Source: an uncultured Planctomycetota bacterium
Lineage (GTDB): Bacteria > Planctomycetota > Planctomycetia > Isosphaerales > Isosphaeraceae
Assembly (NCBI GenBank): GCA_963845755.1
Contig: CAWJTV010000034.1
Coordinates: 352,001 to 416,000, forward strand
Direction: 5' to 3'
DNA length: 64,000 bases
Shown here: positions 1 to 11,527 of the stretch, piece by piece
Numbering within the stretch: position 1 is the first letter of the stretch
Layout: every line of letters begins with the position of its first letter
Made by a program: the position numbers and the translations under genes
The notes under the pieces: model-generated
What the model saw: the letters and a program-made list of their open reading frames with translations, nothing else
What the model was told of the DNA's origin: nothing
Database searches by the model: none

Positions 1-287
1 GCGTCAGCGCCGTTGAGCTCGGCCAGCAAGACGGCGTGCAACTGGCGCCAGACACCGGCCTGCTGCCACGCCTGCAGGTAGGACCGGCAGGTCTTGCCGC
101 AGCCGCAGCCGAGGTCGGCGGGCAAGTCGTCCCAGGCGATGCCGGTCTTGAGCACGAACAAGATGCCGGTGAGGATCTTGCGGTAGTCCAGGGGTTTGCG
201 TCCCGGGAAGCGGAAGCGGCGCGGAGGCGGGGGTGGCAGCAAGGGCTCCAGGCGCTTCCACAGCGCATCGGAGACAAGGGGTTTCAT
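1..287 (-). mobile_element. IS5-family transposase, N-terminal part (runs off the window); element end near 374
   Basis: Manual translation from ATG at 287 (RBS AAGGAGG): MKPLVSDALWKRLEPLLPPPPPRRFRFPGRKPLDYRKILTGILFVLKTGIAWDDLPADLGCGCGKTCRSYLQAWQQAGVW. This is the typical IS5/DUF4096-type N-terminus. A candidate terminal repeat GAGCGCTCGGAAAAAA lies on the minus strand at about 359-374. Confidence 0.85.
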
Positions 288-372
288 GGTGGTCCTCCTT
301 CGGTTCGGGAGATCACTCTCCGAAGGACTCAAGAGCAGACAGCGTGCCAGTGGATTCATTTTTTCCGAGCGC

Positions 373-1215
373 TCAAGAAAGAGAACTCCTGGGCTCCCCT
401 CTCCGCGGGCCAATCTCAGATGCTCGGGACGCGGCCGGTCTATACCGCCTCATGAGCCAATCAAACGGGCGGGATATCCAGCTTGCCAAGGTCACAATGG
501 TCCAGGCACGCCAGGTCGGCAGGACGAAACTGCGACGGCCGTCGAGGCCCCGCACAATCCCCCGGACGACACGATCGGTCGGCTCCTGTCGAGGCCATCC
601 TCCCCCCTTCCGGCTCGTGCCGCTGGCAACCGTCGAGAACTCACTGACTGTCCGCCCGGGACAGGCCGCCCACACCCGTACGCCCGTGCCCCAGAGCTCA
701 TAGCGCAGACTCTTCACCAAACCATTCACCGCATGCTTGCTTGCCACATAAACTGCGGAATGGGCGACACCGATAAACCCGAGGACGGAGGAAAGCTGGA
801 GAATTTGACCGGACCCCCTTGGTTTCATGTGGCGAATGGCCTTCTGGCTCAAGTCGATGAGGGCCACGAGGTTCAGCTCGATGATCAGTCGGATGGCGTC
901 CGGATCCTGCTCGGCAAAGTCGGCGTAGTTGCCCAGCCCGGCGTTATTGACGAGCAGGTTGACACCTCCGGGAAGCATCAAGGCGCGATCCCAGAGTTCT
1001 TGGCGGAAGACGGCGTCTCCGAGGTCGCCTGCGAGGATCTCGACCTTCCCGGGCGGTAGTTCCGCGGCGAGCGACTCGAGGCGATCGAGGCGCCGGGCCG
1101 TCGCGAGGACCGTCATGCCGCGTTCCCGCACCAGTTGACGGACCAGCTCGCGACCCAGCCCGGATGACGCGCCAGTCACCAGGGCATTCCGTTCGAGCAC
1201 TTCCGGTTTTGTCAT
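373..1215 (-). CDS. Short-chain dehydrogenase/reductase (SDR)
   Basis: TGASSGLG Rossmann motif, NNAG, and catalytic YVASK (YxxxK). Confidence 0.9.
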   Translation of the reverse strand: MTKPEVLERNALVTGASSGLGRELVRQLVRERGMTVLATARRLDRLESLAAELPPGKVEILAGDLGDAVFRQELWDRALMLPGGVNLLVNNAGLGNYADFAEQDPDAIRLIIELNLVALIDLSQKAIRHMKPRGSGQILQLSSVLGFIGVAHSAVYVASKHAVNGLVKSLRYELWGTGVRVWAACPGRTVSEFSTVASGTSRKGGGWPRQEPTDRVVRGIVRGLDGRRSFVLPTWRAWTIVTLASWISRPFDWLMRRYRPAASRASEIGPRRGEPRSSLS

Positions 1216-1512
1216 ATCGCAAATCCCGCATCATGTGGCCCAACCGCGAATCCCTCGAAGTTCCCATCGTCTTTATCACAAAGAGGTGGACTTCACCACG
1301 AGGAAGCGTGCGATCCCCATCCACCGACTCTCCTGGTCTTGCACCCCCGTAATTCGGGAAAGGAGGCGCGTATGACCCGGGAGGGGTGACTCCCGGGATT
1401 GAGCCGATTGTTGAGCAGTAGACAGACGTTGTACAATCCAGGAGTCGTGCGCGGGCGAGGGGAAGCGGACCCCACCCGAGTCGGAACTTGCACCGAGGGA
1501 GAAACGACCGCC

Positions 1513-3286
1513 GTGGCTGCCATCGATGATCGTCAAACGTTGACCAAGACTTCTTCGAGACCGAGTACCGGGGCGGATGTTCTGGTCGAGTCGCTGGTGC
1601 GGCACGGTGTGGAGGTCATTTTCGCCTATCCGGGCGGCGCGAGCATGCCGCTGCATCAGGCGCTGACGCGATACCGCGATCGAATCCGGACGATCCTGCC
1701 GCGTCACGAGCAAGGAGGCATCTTCGCGGCCCAGGGCTATGGCGCGCAACCGGCAGACCGGGAGTGGTGATGGCGACATCGGGACCCGGTGCGCTGAACC
1801 TCGTGACCGGCCTGGCTGATGCCAAGATGGACTCAGTGCCCCTGGTGGCCATCACGGGTCAAGTGCCGAGCCACGTGATCGGCACCGACGCCTTCCAGGA
1901 GACGCCGATCGTGGAGGTCTCCCGGGCAATCACCAAGCATCACTACCTGGTCCAGCACGCGAGGGAGATCGCGCGGATCGTCAAGGAGGCGTTCCACCTG
2001 GCCAGTACCGGCCGGCCAGGACCGGTCCTGATCGACATTCCCAAGGATATCCAGAATACGGTCGTGCCCACCCCTCAGTACGACGTGGCCATGGACCTGC
2101 CGGGTTATCGGCTGCCTCCGCCCCCATCCCCCGAGCGGATCCGGGAAGTTCTCTCGGCGATCCGGGAGAGCGAACGCCCGATCATCTACTGTGGCGGCGG
2201 GGTGGTGGCCTCGGGCGCCGCCGAAGAGCTGCGCGAGTTTGCCTCCAAGACGGGGATTCCCGTGGCGATGACCGTCCACGGACTGGGTGCCATGCCCAGC
2301 GACCATTACCTCTCGCTGAACATGCTGGGGATGCACGGCACGGTCTACGCGAATTACGCCGTGAACGCGGCCGACCTGCTCCTGGCCTTCGGAGTGCGGT
2401 TCGATGATCGCGTCACCGGAAAGCTCAGCGAGTTCGCCAAGCACGGGCGAATCGTCCACGTCGATATCGACGCCTCCGAGATCAACAAGAACAAGTTCGC
2501 TCACGTCCCCATCCATACCGATGTCAAGGCGTTCTTGGAGGCGATCAACCCGCTGGTCGCGCCGGGCGACTGGCGGCAGTGGCATCAACAGATCGACGAG
2601 TGGCGCGCCAGCGACCCCATGACCTACGACCAGCGGGACGACCTGATCCTGCCCCAGTTCGTCATCGAGCAGTTCTCGGCGATGGCGCAGGGCGAATTCA
2701 TCATGACGACCGGGGTGGGACAGCACCAGATGTGGGCTGCGCAGTGGAGTCGGTTCAAGCACCCGCGCACCTGGATCACCTCGGGGGGCCTGGGCTCGAT
2801 GGGCTACGGCCTGCCGGCTGCCATGGGTGCACAGGCCGCTTTCCCCGAGGCGCTGGTCGTCGACATCGACGGCGACGGAAGCTTTCTCATGAACATCCAG
2901 GAGCTGGCCACGGTCTACTGCGAGGACCTGCCGGTCAAGGTCATCGTGCTCAACAACCAGCACCTGGGCATGGTCGTGCAGTGGGAGGATCGGTTCCACG
3001 AGGGGAACCGCGCCACACCTACCTCGGGCCGATCCACCACCCCGAGGCGACCGGTCAGGGTGAAGGCGAGGTACCCGGGTCGATCTATCCGGACTTCGTC
3101 GAGATTGCACGCGGGTTCGGCGTCAAGGCCCGCCAGGTCCGCCGGAAGTCCGAGGTCCTCGACGCCCTCAAGGAGATGATCGCCCATCCCGGACCGTACG
3201 TCCTCGACGTGCTCGTCCCCTACCAGGAGCACGTCCTGCCCATGATCCCCTCGGGCATGACCGTGAAGGAGATCATCAAGACCTAG
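1513..3286 (+). CDS. ilvB: Acetolactate synthase large subunit (frameshifts near 1740 and 3012)
   Basis: [51 protein letters not shown]-binding GDGSFLMN and C-terminal HVLPMIPSG are spread over three frames. Confidence 0.92.
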
Positions 3287-3355
3287 TTTTCGGCGTGCAA
3301 TTCCCGGCAAGATGCAGACCTGAACCTGGCCGAACCGGACACCGAAACCTCGAGA

Positions 3356-5005
3356 TCAATTGGCCCACATCGGCTCGTCGATGAGCAGTCCATACTTTTT
3401 CATCTTCTTGTAGAGCGTGGTGCGGTTGATGTTCAGGACGCGGGCGGTCTCCTGGCGATTCCAGTTGAAGGCCTGAAGCGCCTGAATGATGATGCGCTTC
3501 TCGGGTTCTTCCAGGGCTTCTTTCAGAGGCCGGATGCCGATGGGGAGGTGAGGCCGGGGCGGAGAGCCGCCAGTACGAGTCTGGTGGTGATGGTTGAGGA
3601 TGGGAGCCAGGTGGCTGGAGTTGATCCGTGTCCCGTTGCACATGGCGACGGAGCGCCGGATCGCCGCTTCGAGCTCGCGGACGTTGCCGGGCCAGTCGTG
3701 ACGCTGGAGGACGTCGAGTGCATCGCGAGTGAACCCCACGACACTCTTACGGAACTCATGGGCATATCGTGAGCGGAACGACTCGGCGAGCAGTTCCACG
3801 TCGGTCCCACGGTGCTTCAACGGCGGGAGCATCAGGCTGATGGCGCCGACGCGATGGAAGAGTTCCTGGCGGAAGCGCCCTGCTCGATCAGCGCCGGGAG
3901 GTTCTCGCTGGTGGACATCACGAACCGGATCTCGCCGGGAAGGTGAGGAAAAGCCGTGGCAGACGTGTAGTCCCGGTGTTGCAACTCGCGGAGCAGGTTG
4001 AACTGGATCTCCGTGGGCAGGGCGGCCATCTCGTGCACGTAGAGTGTCCCCCCGCGGGCCTGATCCAGCATGTGCGACCAGGTGATACCCGGCTCGGTCG
4101 GGCCGGTGTTTTCGCCATCGGGCGTCGCCAGCTCGTCGGCCAGGGCCGACGCCTCGACCGTGACGAAAGGACGTTGGGCGCCGCAGCAGAGGGTATGGAG
4201 CAGCCGAGCGACCAGCGACTTGCCGGTCCCCGACTCTCCGACGATCAGCACGCCGGTGCGAGCCGATGCGAGGGTCGCGGTCAGCTCGAGGACCTGTCGC
4301 CAGCTCGGGTCATTACCGATGAGGCCGAGTTCTCGAGCGATCAGATCCACGCGATGGGCGGGGCTGGTCGTCGGTGCGTGTACCGCCAGAGCTCCCTGCG
4401 GAGCGGCCATCATCCCTGAAGGGGCCATGGTGGCCGACGCGGCCAGAGTGCCCGGCGCCAGGGTACCGACGGCGGACGAATTCGTTCCAATCCCGGAGTG
4501 CGAGGTGCCGGAGTGCAGGGTCAGGGACGGGATCGGTCCGCCCCGATCCATGGAGTGGATCGGCTGGAGCTTGGCACCGGCGACCGAGGCAGACGCCGAC
4601 GGCGGAGCTACAGCGGCGGGTTCACTCGACCGCGTCTCGCACTGTTCCAGGGCCTGTAAGACCGCGGCCCGCAGCTCCGCCGCGGGGACCGGGTACTTCA
4701 AGACCGCCATGGCGCCGAGCCGGAGGGCTTCCTTGGCCCGCTCGGGGTGGAGACGCGGGAACAACAGCACCACGGGGACTTCGCGATGCTTGCGCCGTAC
4801 GTAGGTCAAGAGCTCCAACGCATCCCCATCGCTGGGATCGACCCCGGCCAGGACCAGATCGATGTCGTTACGCTCCATCAGGCGGACCGCCATCCGATCG
4901 TTGGTGGCGTCTTCGATGGTGTGGCCCAGCGACTTCAGCATCGAGGTCAGCAAGGCCAGTCCGGCAGGATCCGGGTAAAGGATCAGGATTTCGAAGCTTG
5001 TGCAT
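3356..5005 (-). CDS. NtrC/Fis-family regulator (receiver-like + AAA+ + Fis HTH), atypical; frameshifts near 4990 and 3880
   Basis: Walker A GESGTGKS, WPGNVRELE, and C-terminal NWNRQETARVLNINRTTLYKKMKKYGL. The start MHKLR(I)LILYPDP is reconstructed across a 1-bp indel. Confidence 0.85.
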
Positions 5006-5571
5006 GGGATTCAATCTCTCGTCAGATGCCCGTGCCGAAACACTAAGCCGGTCCATCCTCCGTGAGTGTCCTGAAGGCAAGCCGTCGAGGGGGTGCCAAT
5101 GGGGCGATTCGTGTGTCACGGATTCCATCCTCACCCCGACGGACCAAGCGACAACCGACGCAGTTGCCTCGCTAGAATGGCGAGCCTCGTTGCCCATCCG
5201 ATCCCGGACAGCCGGGTGAACTGCCGATCTGGATGGGCGGCTCGTGTGGTTCTCAATAAACAGGTATGTCATGGATGCAACATCGTCAAAGGCGATCTGA
5301 AGACAAGCTCACTGTCACCCGGCGACCGTTCATCGTCGCCCTGGTCTCCTCGACCGATCGAGGCAGGGCGGGAATTCGATTCGAGTTCGATCGATGTAAA
5401 GAAATCTTAAGGGCGTTGCCTCTCAGCGCAGGCGAGGGCTCCCTCATGGGGCCGAGCATCTGGGGGCGAGGGCTCATCCGAACGAATTGTCACGGCCTTG
5501 GTTTCACTGCCAGTCCCTGACAACCCATAGTCCATCCGCTCCAATCTCTTCGATGATCCAGCGGTGCTGTG

Positions 5572-6456
5572 TCAGGCCCGCGGATGCGCCTCATGATAAG
5601 TATCGAGGATTCGGTCTTGTGTGACGTGGGTGTAGATTTGCGTGCTCGAGAGATTTCGATGGCCGAGAAGCTCCTGGACGCTCCGAAGATCAGCACCGCG
5701 ATCCAACAAATGGGTCGCGAAACTGTGCCGCAAGGTATGGGGACTCGCGGCGTCGACCAAGCCTGCTCGTTCCAAATGACTCTCTAGCAGACGACCAACG
5801 CTCCGCGTCGTCAAGCGGGTACCACGTTGGTTGAGGAAAACTGCGGGTTCCCGGACGGCCTTGGGCCGCCGTAAAGGGACCCAGCGCCGCAGCCAGTCCG
5901 TCGCCAGGCCGCCGATCGGAGACAGACGCTCGCGACGACCTTTCCCACGTACGCGGATCAGTTCCTGGTCTGCATCGATATCCTCCAGGTTCAAGCCTAC
6001 AAGCTCCCCGACGCGCAGACCGCCGCCATAAAGCGTCTCCAGCATCGCGCGATCGCGAATTCCCGGCAGCGTGTCAACGGGCATGCTCTCCAGCAGCCGG
6101 ATCACCTCATCGACCCGAAGCAGTCGCGGCAACCGTAACGCCTGCTTGGGATTACGGAGACCCGCCGATGGGTCCGCCGTGACCGTTCCTTTGCGGCGCA
6201 AATAGCGGAAGTACGAGCGTAAGCTCGCCAGCCGCCGTGCGATCGTGCTCGGGGCGTACCCTCGACTCATCAGCCACGCCGCGTACCGGCGCAGCCGAAC
6301 CGAATCGACGCAAGTCGGGTCGGCATCCTTTCCACGAATCTCCTGGAGATAAGTGCTATACAAAGCCAGGTCGGCCTGGTAGGATCGTAAAGTGTGTGCC
6401 GAAACTTGCCTCTCAAGGCGAAGATGATCGAGAAACGCGTTGATGGAATGATGCAT
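5572..6456 (-). CDS. xerC: Tyrosine recombinase XerC/XerD family
   Basis: SAM-like N-terminus (SAHTLRSYQADL) and catalytic residues in GLRVGEL, GKGRRER, HTLRHSFATH, LLGH and TQIYTH. Confidence 0.85.
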   Translation of the reverse strand: MHHSINAFLDHLRLERQVSAHTLRSYQADLALYSTYLQEIRGKDADPTCVDSVRLRRYAAWLMSRGYAPSTIARRLASLRSYFRYLRRKGTVTADPSAGLRNPKQALRLPRLLRVDEVIRLLESMPVDTLPGIRDRAMLETLYGGGLRVGELVGLNLEDIDADQELIRVRGKGRRERLSPIGGLATDWLRRWVPLRRPKAVREPAVFLNQRGTRLTTRSVGRLLESHLERAGLVDAASPHTLRHSFATHLLDRGADLRSVQELLGHRNLSSTQIYTHVTQDRILDTYHEAHPRA

Positions 6457-7341
6457 GGGCATCCTCATTGCCAGATCGCGGCCAGACGCGCGGGAGGCGG
6501 CCGGCGAGGCGCAGACCGCGCCACATGGAGCCTTCGAACTCGTCAACAGACGGGACCCCGTCCGTGTCTTCATCGGGTCTTGCTCCTGATGTGCGACATT
6601 CTTCTGTCCGTCCCGTTCCTGGTTCGACCGCCGGCCGGTCAGGCTGAGTTAGCAAATCTGGGGCCCGCCCTACGTCACCCCGGCCCGTACCGACTCAACC
6701 TCGAATCGGCATGACCTGTCGTCCAAGGACTTCACGGGAATGGCCTCGAGACCGTAGTGAAATCGCTCGATTCGACGGAATCGCTTTCTCTGGCTGGGTT
6801 TGTCGCGTTCTCGGGCAGAAACCTTTTCCGACTGGGTCGTCTGCGATCGCCGGTCAGGACAGGGACTTCGACTCTCCGAAGCCCCCTTCCTCCGACATAA
6901 GACTCGATCATATCGGATTGACTTCCGCTCCTTTTGCAATATCTCGTTCGCTGCCAACGTCGGCAGTCAGAGTGATCCCAGCCTCAGTCATCAGTACAAT
7001 TAGGATCGAAGGAGATTCTCCACGATTCGCTTTCACTTGGCAACGGTGTGTCGGTCAGATCGAGGGTTTTTTTCCAAATCATCATGAACGTAGCTGATGA
7101 GACCAGATCTTCCGCTGCTCGATGAGCCGCGATCGGCACGAGATGAAGATCTGTGGAGTCTCGGGCTGGACAATCTTGGCGAAACACGTTGCGTCCGGAG
7201 GTGGGCCACGGGGATTCCGACCGTGCGCGCCATCTCTCCGGATGTCCGAATTCTTCGAGGTGGGACGCTCAGGTCGATGCCGACGACGAGTGATTTTCGC
7301 GTTTTCGACGCGAGCGGCCTTTCCATCGGGGAGCGACGGGC

Positions 7342-7347
7342 TATAAT
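7342..7347 (+). promoter_or_regulatory. Probable -10 box (TATAAT) of the tRNA-Met gene
   Basis: Perfect TATAAT 5 nt upstream of the tRNA in GC-rich DNA; no convincing -35. Confidence 0.5.
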
Positions 7348-7352
7348 GGCCT

Positions 7353-7425
7353 TGCGCCGTGGAGCAGCGGCTAGCTCGCCAGGCTCATAACCTGGAGGTC
7401 GTAGGTTCGATTCCTACCGGCGCAA
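7353..7425 (+). tRNA. tRNA-Met (CAT), initiator-like
   Basis: Acceptor stem TGCGCCG/CGGCGCA, fMet-type D arm TGGAGCAGC..TAGCTCG, anticodon arm CCAGG-CTCATAA-CCTGG, T arm GTAGG-TTCGATT-CCTAC; no encoded CCA. Confidence 0.93.
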
Positions 7426-7750
7426 CTCTTTCCCTCCCATCATAAACGGCCCTCTCCTACCGGTCCCTTCTTACGAGCTGATGAATGGACCGCGGTGGTC
7501 GCTCCCTCATACCTCCTCGAACTGCCCCTGGCCATCATTGACCCCGCACGTTCATGCCGTTTCTCTCCTGTGTTCGGTCGGCCATGGCTGGCGACAACGG
7601 CCGGCAACGGAGCCAAGGGCCGGCGCGAATCGAGACTTCGCCCGATCCTCTCTGGAGGTTGCGGTCGGGGAGCACGCGTGCTAAGCTTTCGCGAAACGCG
7701 CCCGACCCAGTCCACGACCGGCCGAACTCGTACCACCGGACTCGACGTGC

Positions 7751-8215
7751 ATGGCCGATTTGCACGCCTACGAAGGCGAAACGCTTACCCATCGGCTCGT
7801 CTTGCCCCGCGACGCCAACCATCACGGCACGCTCTACGCCGGTGTTCTGCTATCCCTCTCGCTCGAAGCCGGCTATGCGACGGCTTTTCGCGCTGCGGGC
7901 CTCAATGCCAATCTGGTCCTCAAACGCGTGCTGGACCTTCGATGTTATGAACCCGTCTCTGTTGGCCGTGTGATCCAAATTCGAGGTCGAGAGATCCATC
8001 GTGCCCGGGCCCAGATTGTCGTCGGTCTCTGGGGATCCAATGCGGCCGACCCCAAGTCTCCGTGGATGGATGGACTTATGCAGTTTGTCCAGGTCGATTC
8101 GACCGGGCGACCTGAACCGCTTGATGAGGAACCGGACGACGAGCCGATCGCGCTCGATCCTCCCTGGTGTCATCTACGGGAACGGGCCCGGAAGCTCTTG
8201 CATGTTCGACAATAG
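7751..8215 (+). CDS. Hotdog-fold acyl-CoA thioesterase
   Basis: VLPRDANHHGTLYAG motif and FVQVDSTGRPEP C-terminus, as in YciA-type thioesterases. Confidence 0.8.
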   Translation: MADLHAYEGETLTHRLVLPRDANHHGTLYAGVLLSLSLEAGYATAFRAAGLNANLVLKRVLDLRCYEPVSVGRVIQIRGREIHRARAQIVVGLWGSNAADPKSPWMDGLMQFVQVDSTGRPEPLDEEPDDEPIALDPPWCHLRERARKLLHVRQ

Positions 8216-8261
8216 TTGCACGTCCGTCGCTGGGAGTGCCTGATCCAGGAGGTCTGATCTC

Positions 8262-10034
8262 GTGCGCTGGTCCCATGCTCTGATCCCGACGTTGAAAGAG
8301 ACTCCGGCTGACGCCGTGGCGCCCAGTCACGTGCTCTTGCTCCGGGCGGGCATGATCCGCCAGCTCGGCGCCGGGACGTACACCTATATGCCGCTGGGCC
8401 TGAGGGTGTTGCAGAAGGCCGCCCAGATCGTACGCGAGGAGATGGACGCCGCCGGGGCGATCGAGCTGCTCATGCCGGCACTCCAGCCCGTCGAGTTGTG
8501 GAAGGAGTCCGGCCGCTACGAGGCTTATGGCGACCTGCTGATGAAGCTAACCATCAGCGGCGGACACCAGATGGCACTCGGGCCGACCCATGAGGAAGTC
8601 ATCACGGACATGGTCCGCGACCTGATCCGTTCGTACAAGCAGTTGCCCATCACCCTCTATCAGATCCAGACCAAGTTCCGCGACGAGCCTCGCCCGCGCT
8701 TCGGCATCGTCCGCACGCGCGAATTCCTGATGAAGGACGCCTACAGCATCGATGCCGACCTGCCGCAGCTCAACGCCAGCTACGACAAGATGTTCGAGGC
8801 CTATTGCCGGATCTTCGACCGTTGCGGTCTGCCTTATGTGGTCGTCGAGGCCGAGAGCGGCCCGATCGGCGGCGATTCGTCGCACGAGTTTATGGTCCCC
8901 TGCTCCACCGGGGAGGACAAGGTGATCTTCTGCTCCCGCTGTGGTTATGCGGCCAACCAGGAGCGAGCGGAGATCGGCGGCGGCCCCACCGCGGTCGTAC
9001 CCGGGTCCGACGCCTCCCCCTACCAGGCTGTCGAAACTCCGAACAAACGGACCATTCGCGATGTCTGCCAGTTCCTGGGCGTGGCAGAATCGACCTCGGC
9101 CAAGCTGCTGGTCTACCTGGCCGATGGCAAGCCGGTCGCTGCGCTGCTGCGGGGCGATCACGAGCTGAACGAGGCGAAACTCCGCCGGGCGGTCGGCGCC
9201 GCGACGCTGGTCGCGGCGGACGCGGCCACGATCGAGAAGGCTACCGGGACACCCATCGGTTTCCTCGGGCCGATCGCGATCAAGATCCCGCTGGTGATCG
9301 ACCGCGCCATCGTGGCGATGCCGACCGTCGTCGTCGGCGGCAACGCGGTGGATGTCCACTTCAAGGGAGTCGTCCCCGGCGCGACTTCCCCCTCGAACCG
9401 GTCCATGACATCCGGAACGCCGACGCCGGGGACCCCTGCCCTCGTTGCGCGGGGCCTCTGGAGATCAAATCCGGCCTGGAGATCGGCCATGTCTTCAAGC
9501 TCGGGACCAAGTATTCCCGATCGATGGGCGCGACCTACCTCGACGAGAAGGGGACCGAGACGCTCCTGATCATGGGCTGCTACGGGATCGGCATCAACCG
9601 GATCGTGGCCTCGGCCGTCGAGGCCGGCCACGACGAAAACGGGATCATCTGGCCGCTGTCGATCGCACCGTATCACGTCCTATTGGTCCCGCTCCCCGGG
9701 AAGGACCCGGCCGTGATGGAGCGATCCCTGGCGCTCGAATCCGCGCTGACGTCGGCAGGGCTCGATGTCCTGATCGACGACCGGGATCAACGGCCGGGCT
9801 TCAAATTCAAGGATGCCGACCTGATCGGGATCCCGTTTCGCGTCGTGATCGGGGAGCGCAGGTCTCAAGGAGGGGAAGATCGAGATCAAGTGGCGCAACC
9901 AGTCGGAGGCCAGGCAGGTCCCCGCCGACACGGCGGCGGCGGCGATTCTCGCGGAGATCGAGACGGCGCGACGGCAGCATGAAGCATGGTGCCGGGAGCG
10001 ACAGCAGACTCGGGCCGCGGCGAGGCCGTCATGA
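8262..10034 (+). CDS. proS: Proline--tRNA ligase (frameshifts near 9380 and 9860)
   Basis: SHVLLLRAGMIRQ, LGPTHEE, KFRDEPRPRFG..REFLMKDAYS, editing insertion, EIGHVFKLGTKYS, MGCYGIGINR and anticodon domain DDRDQRPGFKFKDADLIGIP. Confidence 0.95.
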
Positions 10035-10288
10035 GGCGGATCCCGCCGATCCCCCGGCTCCCGTATTTCCTGCTGGCCGCGCTGACTCTGGTCTCGTTCG
10101 GCGGCCCGTTCGCGATGTTCGTCGTCGTTCGTGCCGGTCCCCGTCCGGATTGGCCTCCCGACCGTGTTGTCGAGTGGGTCGTCATCGGCCTGGTCATCGG
10201 TCTGGCCATCGCGCTCTTTTCCGCGTGCGTCACGATTGGATGGTGGTATCCCTGGACTCATGTGACCAGGAAGTCCGACGACCGCTAA
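10031..10288 (+). CDS. Small membrane protein with two TM helices
   Basis: ATGA overlap with the proS stop; two hydrophobic segments. Confidence 0.6.
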   Translation: MRRIPPIPRLPYFLLAALTLVSFGGPFAMFVVVRAGPRPDWPPDRVVEWVVIGLVIGLAIALFSACVTIGWWYPWTHVTRKSDDR

Positions 10289-10318
10289 TTCCGGCGCGTC
10301 AACACCTTCGGTAAATCC

Positions 10319-11527
10319 ATGACTCCCCGTGAACTTTGGACGCTGATCGGTGTTGCCGTCGGTCTGGTTGGATTGGCGTTCGCCCTCAGCGCGGTGCTCT
10401 GCGGAGTGCTCCGCCGGCTTGCACCGCGATGGGGACTGCTGGACCGACCAGGGGGACACAAGGCGCACCGAGAGCCGACGCCGATGGGCGGCGGAATCGC
10501 GATCTGGTTGACCACGGCCATCCTCCTGATCCTGGGGGTGCTGGTCATCGAGTTTGGTGGTGACTGGCTCCCGAACTCACTGGCCCGGCACATCGGTGGG
10601 GCCCAGAGTCGCGTTGGGATCCTGATCGAGATGCTCACGCTGGCAACCGCAATCATGATCATGGGGCTGATCGACGACCTCAAGGATCTCGACTGGCGGC
10701 TCAGGCTGGGTATCCAGGTCGCCTGCGCCACGGCCCTGGCTGTCTCTGGGATACGCGTGACGCTGTTCTGGCCCTTCACGTATCCGATCCTCGGAGGCAC
10801 CGTGACGGTCTTGTGGATCGTCGCGCTGACGAATTCCTTCAACATGCTCGACAATATGGACGGGCTGGCGGCGAGCGTCGGGTTGATCGCCGCGACGCTG
10901 TTCTGTGGGGCCCAGATCGCCGTCGGAGACCTGTTTCCGCCGGCGGTCCTGCTGGTCGTGATCGGCGCCCTGGGTGGGTTCTTGGTGCACAACCACTTTC
11001 CGGCCCGCCTCTACATGGGGGATGCTGGAAGCAATTTCCTCGGGTTCCTGCTCGGGACCATGACGGTGGTCGGTACTTTCTACAAGACCGGATCCTCGCC
11101 CTACAGCGTACTCGCTCCGCTGCTGGTCATGGCGGTGCCGCTGTACGACATGACCTCGGTCGTGCTGATCCGGTTGAGGGAGGGACGGAGCCCGTTCAAG
11201 GCCGATCGCCGGCACTTTTCGCATCGGCTGGTTGCCCATGGCTTGACGCCGCCGCAGGCGGTCTGGACGATTGATTTGGTGACCCTTGCGGGCGGCCTGG
11301 GTGCGCTGCTGCTGCACGAGCTCGAGTGGCCCGGCGCAACCGTGGTGCTGGCCCAGACCGGCTGCTTGCTGGGAGTGGTCGCCATCCTGGAATTCTCGGC
11401 GAGCCGTTCGGAGCGAGGCCATGAGCAGACGAGGGGCGCAATCCTCGGTCCCCCCCAACCCGAGCAAGAGCCGACAGTCGGAGAAGAGATCCGCCCCATC
11501 GCCGGAACGGCAAGCCCTGCTGTCTGA
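10319..11527 (+). CDS. MraY/WecA-family undecaprenyl-phosphate GlcNAc-1-P transferase
   Basis: DRPGGHKAHREPTPMGGG, GLIDD, NSFNMLDNMDGL, YMGDAGSNFLG and ADRRHFSHRL. Confidence 0.9.
   Translation: MTPRELWTLIGVAVGLVGLAFALSAVLCGVLRRLAPRWGLLDRPGGHKAHREPTPMGGGIAIWLTTAILLILGVLVIEFGGDWLPNSLARHIGGAQSRVGILIEMLTLATAIMIMGLIDDLKDLDWRLRLGIQVACATALAVSGIRVTLFWPFTYPILGGTVTVLWIVALTNSFNMLDNMDGLAASVGLIAATLFCGAQIAVGDLFPPAVLLVVIGALGGFLVHNHFPARLYMGDAGSNFLGFLLGTMTVVGTFYKTGSSPYSVLAPLLVMAVPLYDMTSVVLIRLREGRSPFKADRRHFSHRLVAHGLTPPQAVWTIDLVTLAGGLGALLLHELEWPGATVVLAQTGCLLGVVAILEFSASRSERGHEQTRGAILGPPQPEQEPTVGEEIRPIAGTASPAV

Noticed and set aside
6580..7340. Structured ncRNA or riboswitch in the xerC-tRNA intergenic region
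   Set aside because: No recognisable family motif or convincing long stem by eye; an Rfam/Infernal scan would be needed.
5572..7425. Integrase next to a tRNA as a prophage/ICE attachment site
   Set aside because: The protein looks like housekeeping XerC, lies on the 5' side of the tRNA, and no duplicated tRNA 3' end or phage genes were seen.
9370..9390. Programmed ribosomal frameshift in proS
   Set aside because: No slippery heptamer, and similar indels occur throughout the window.
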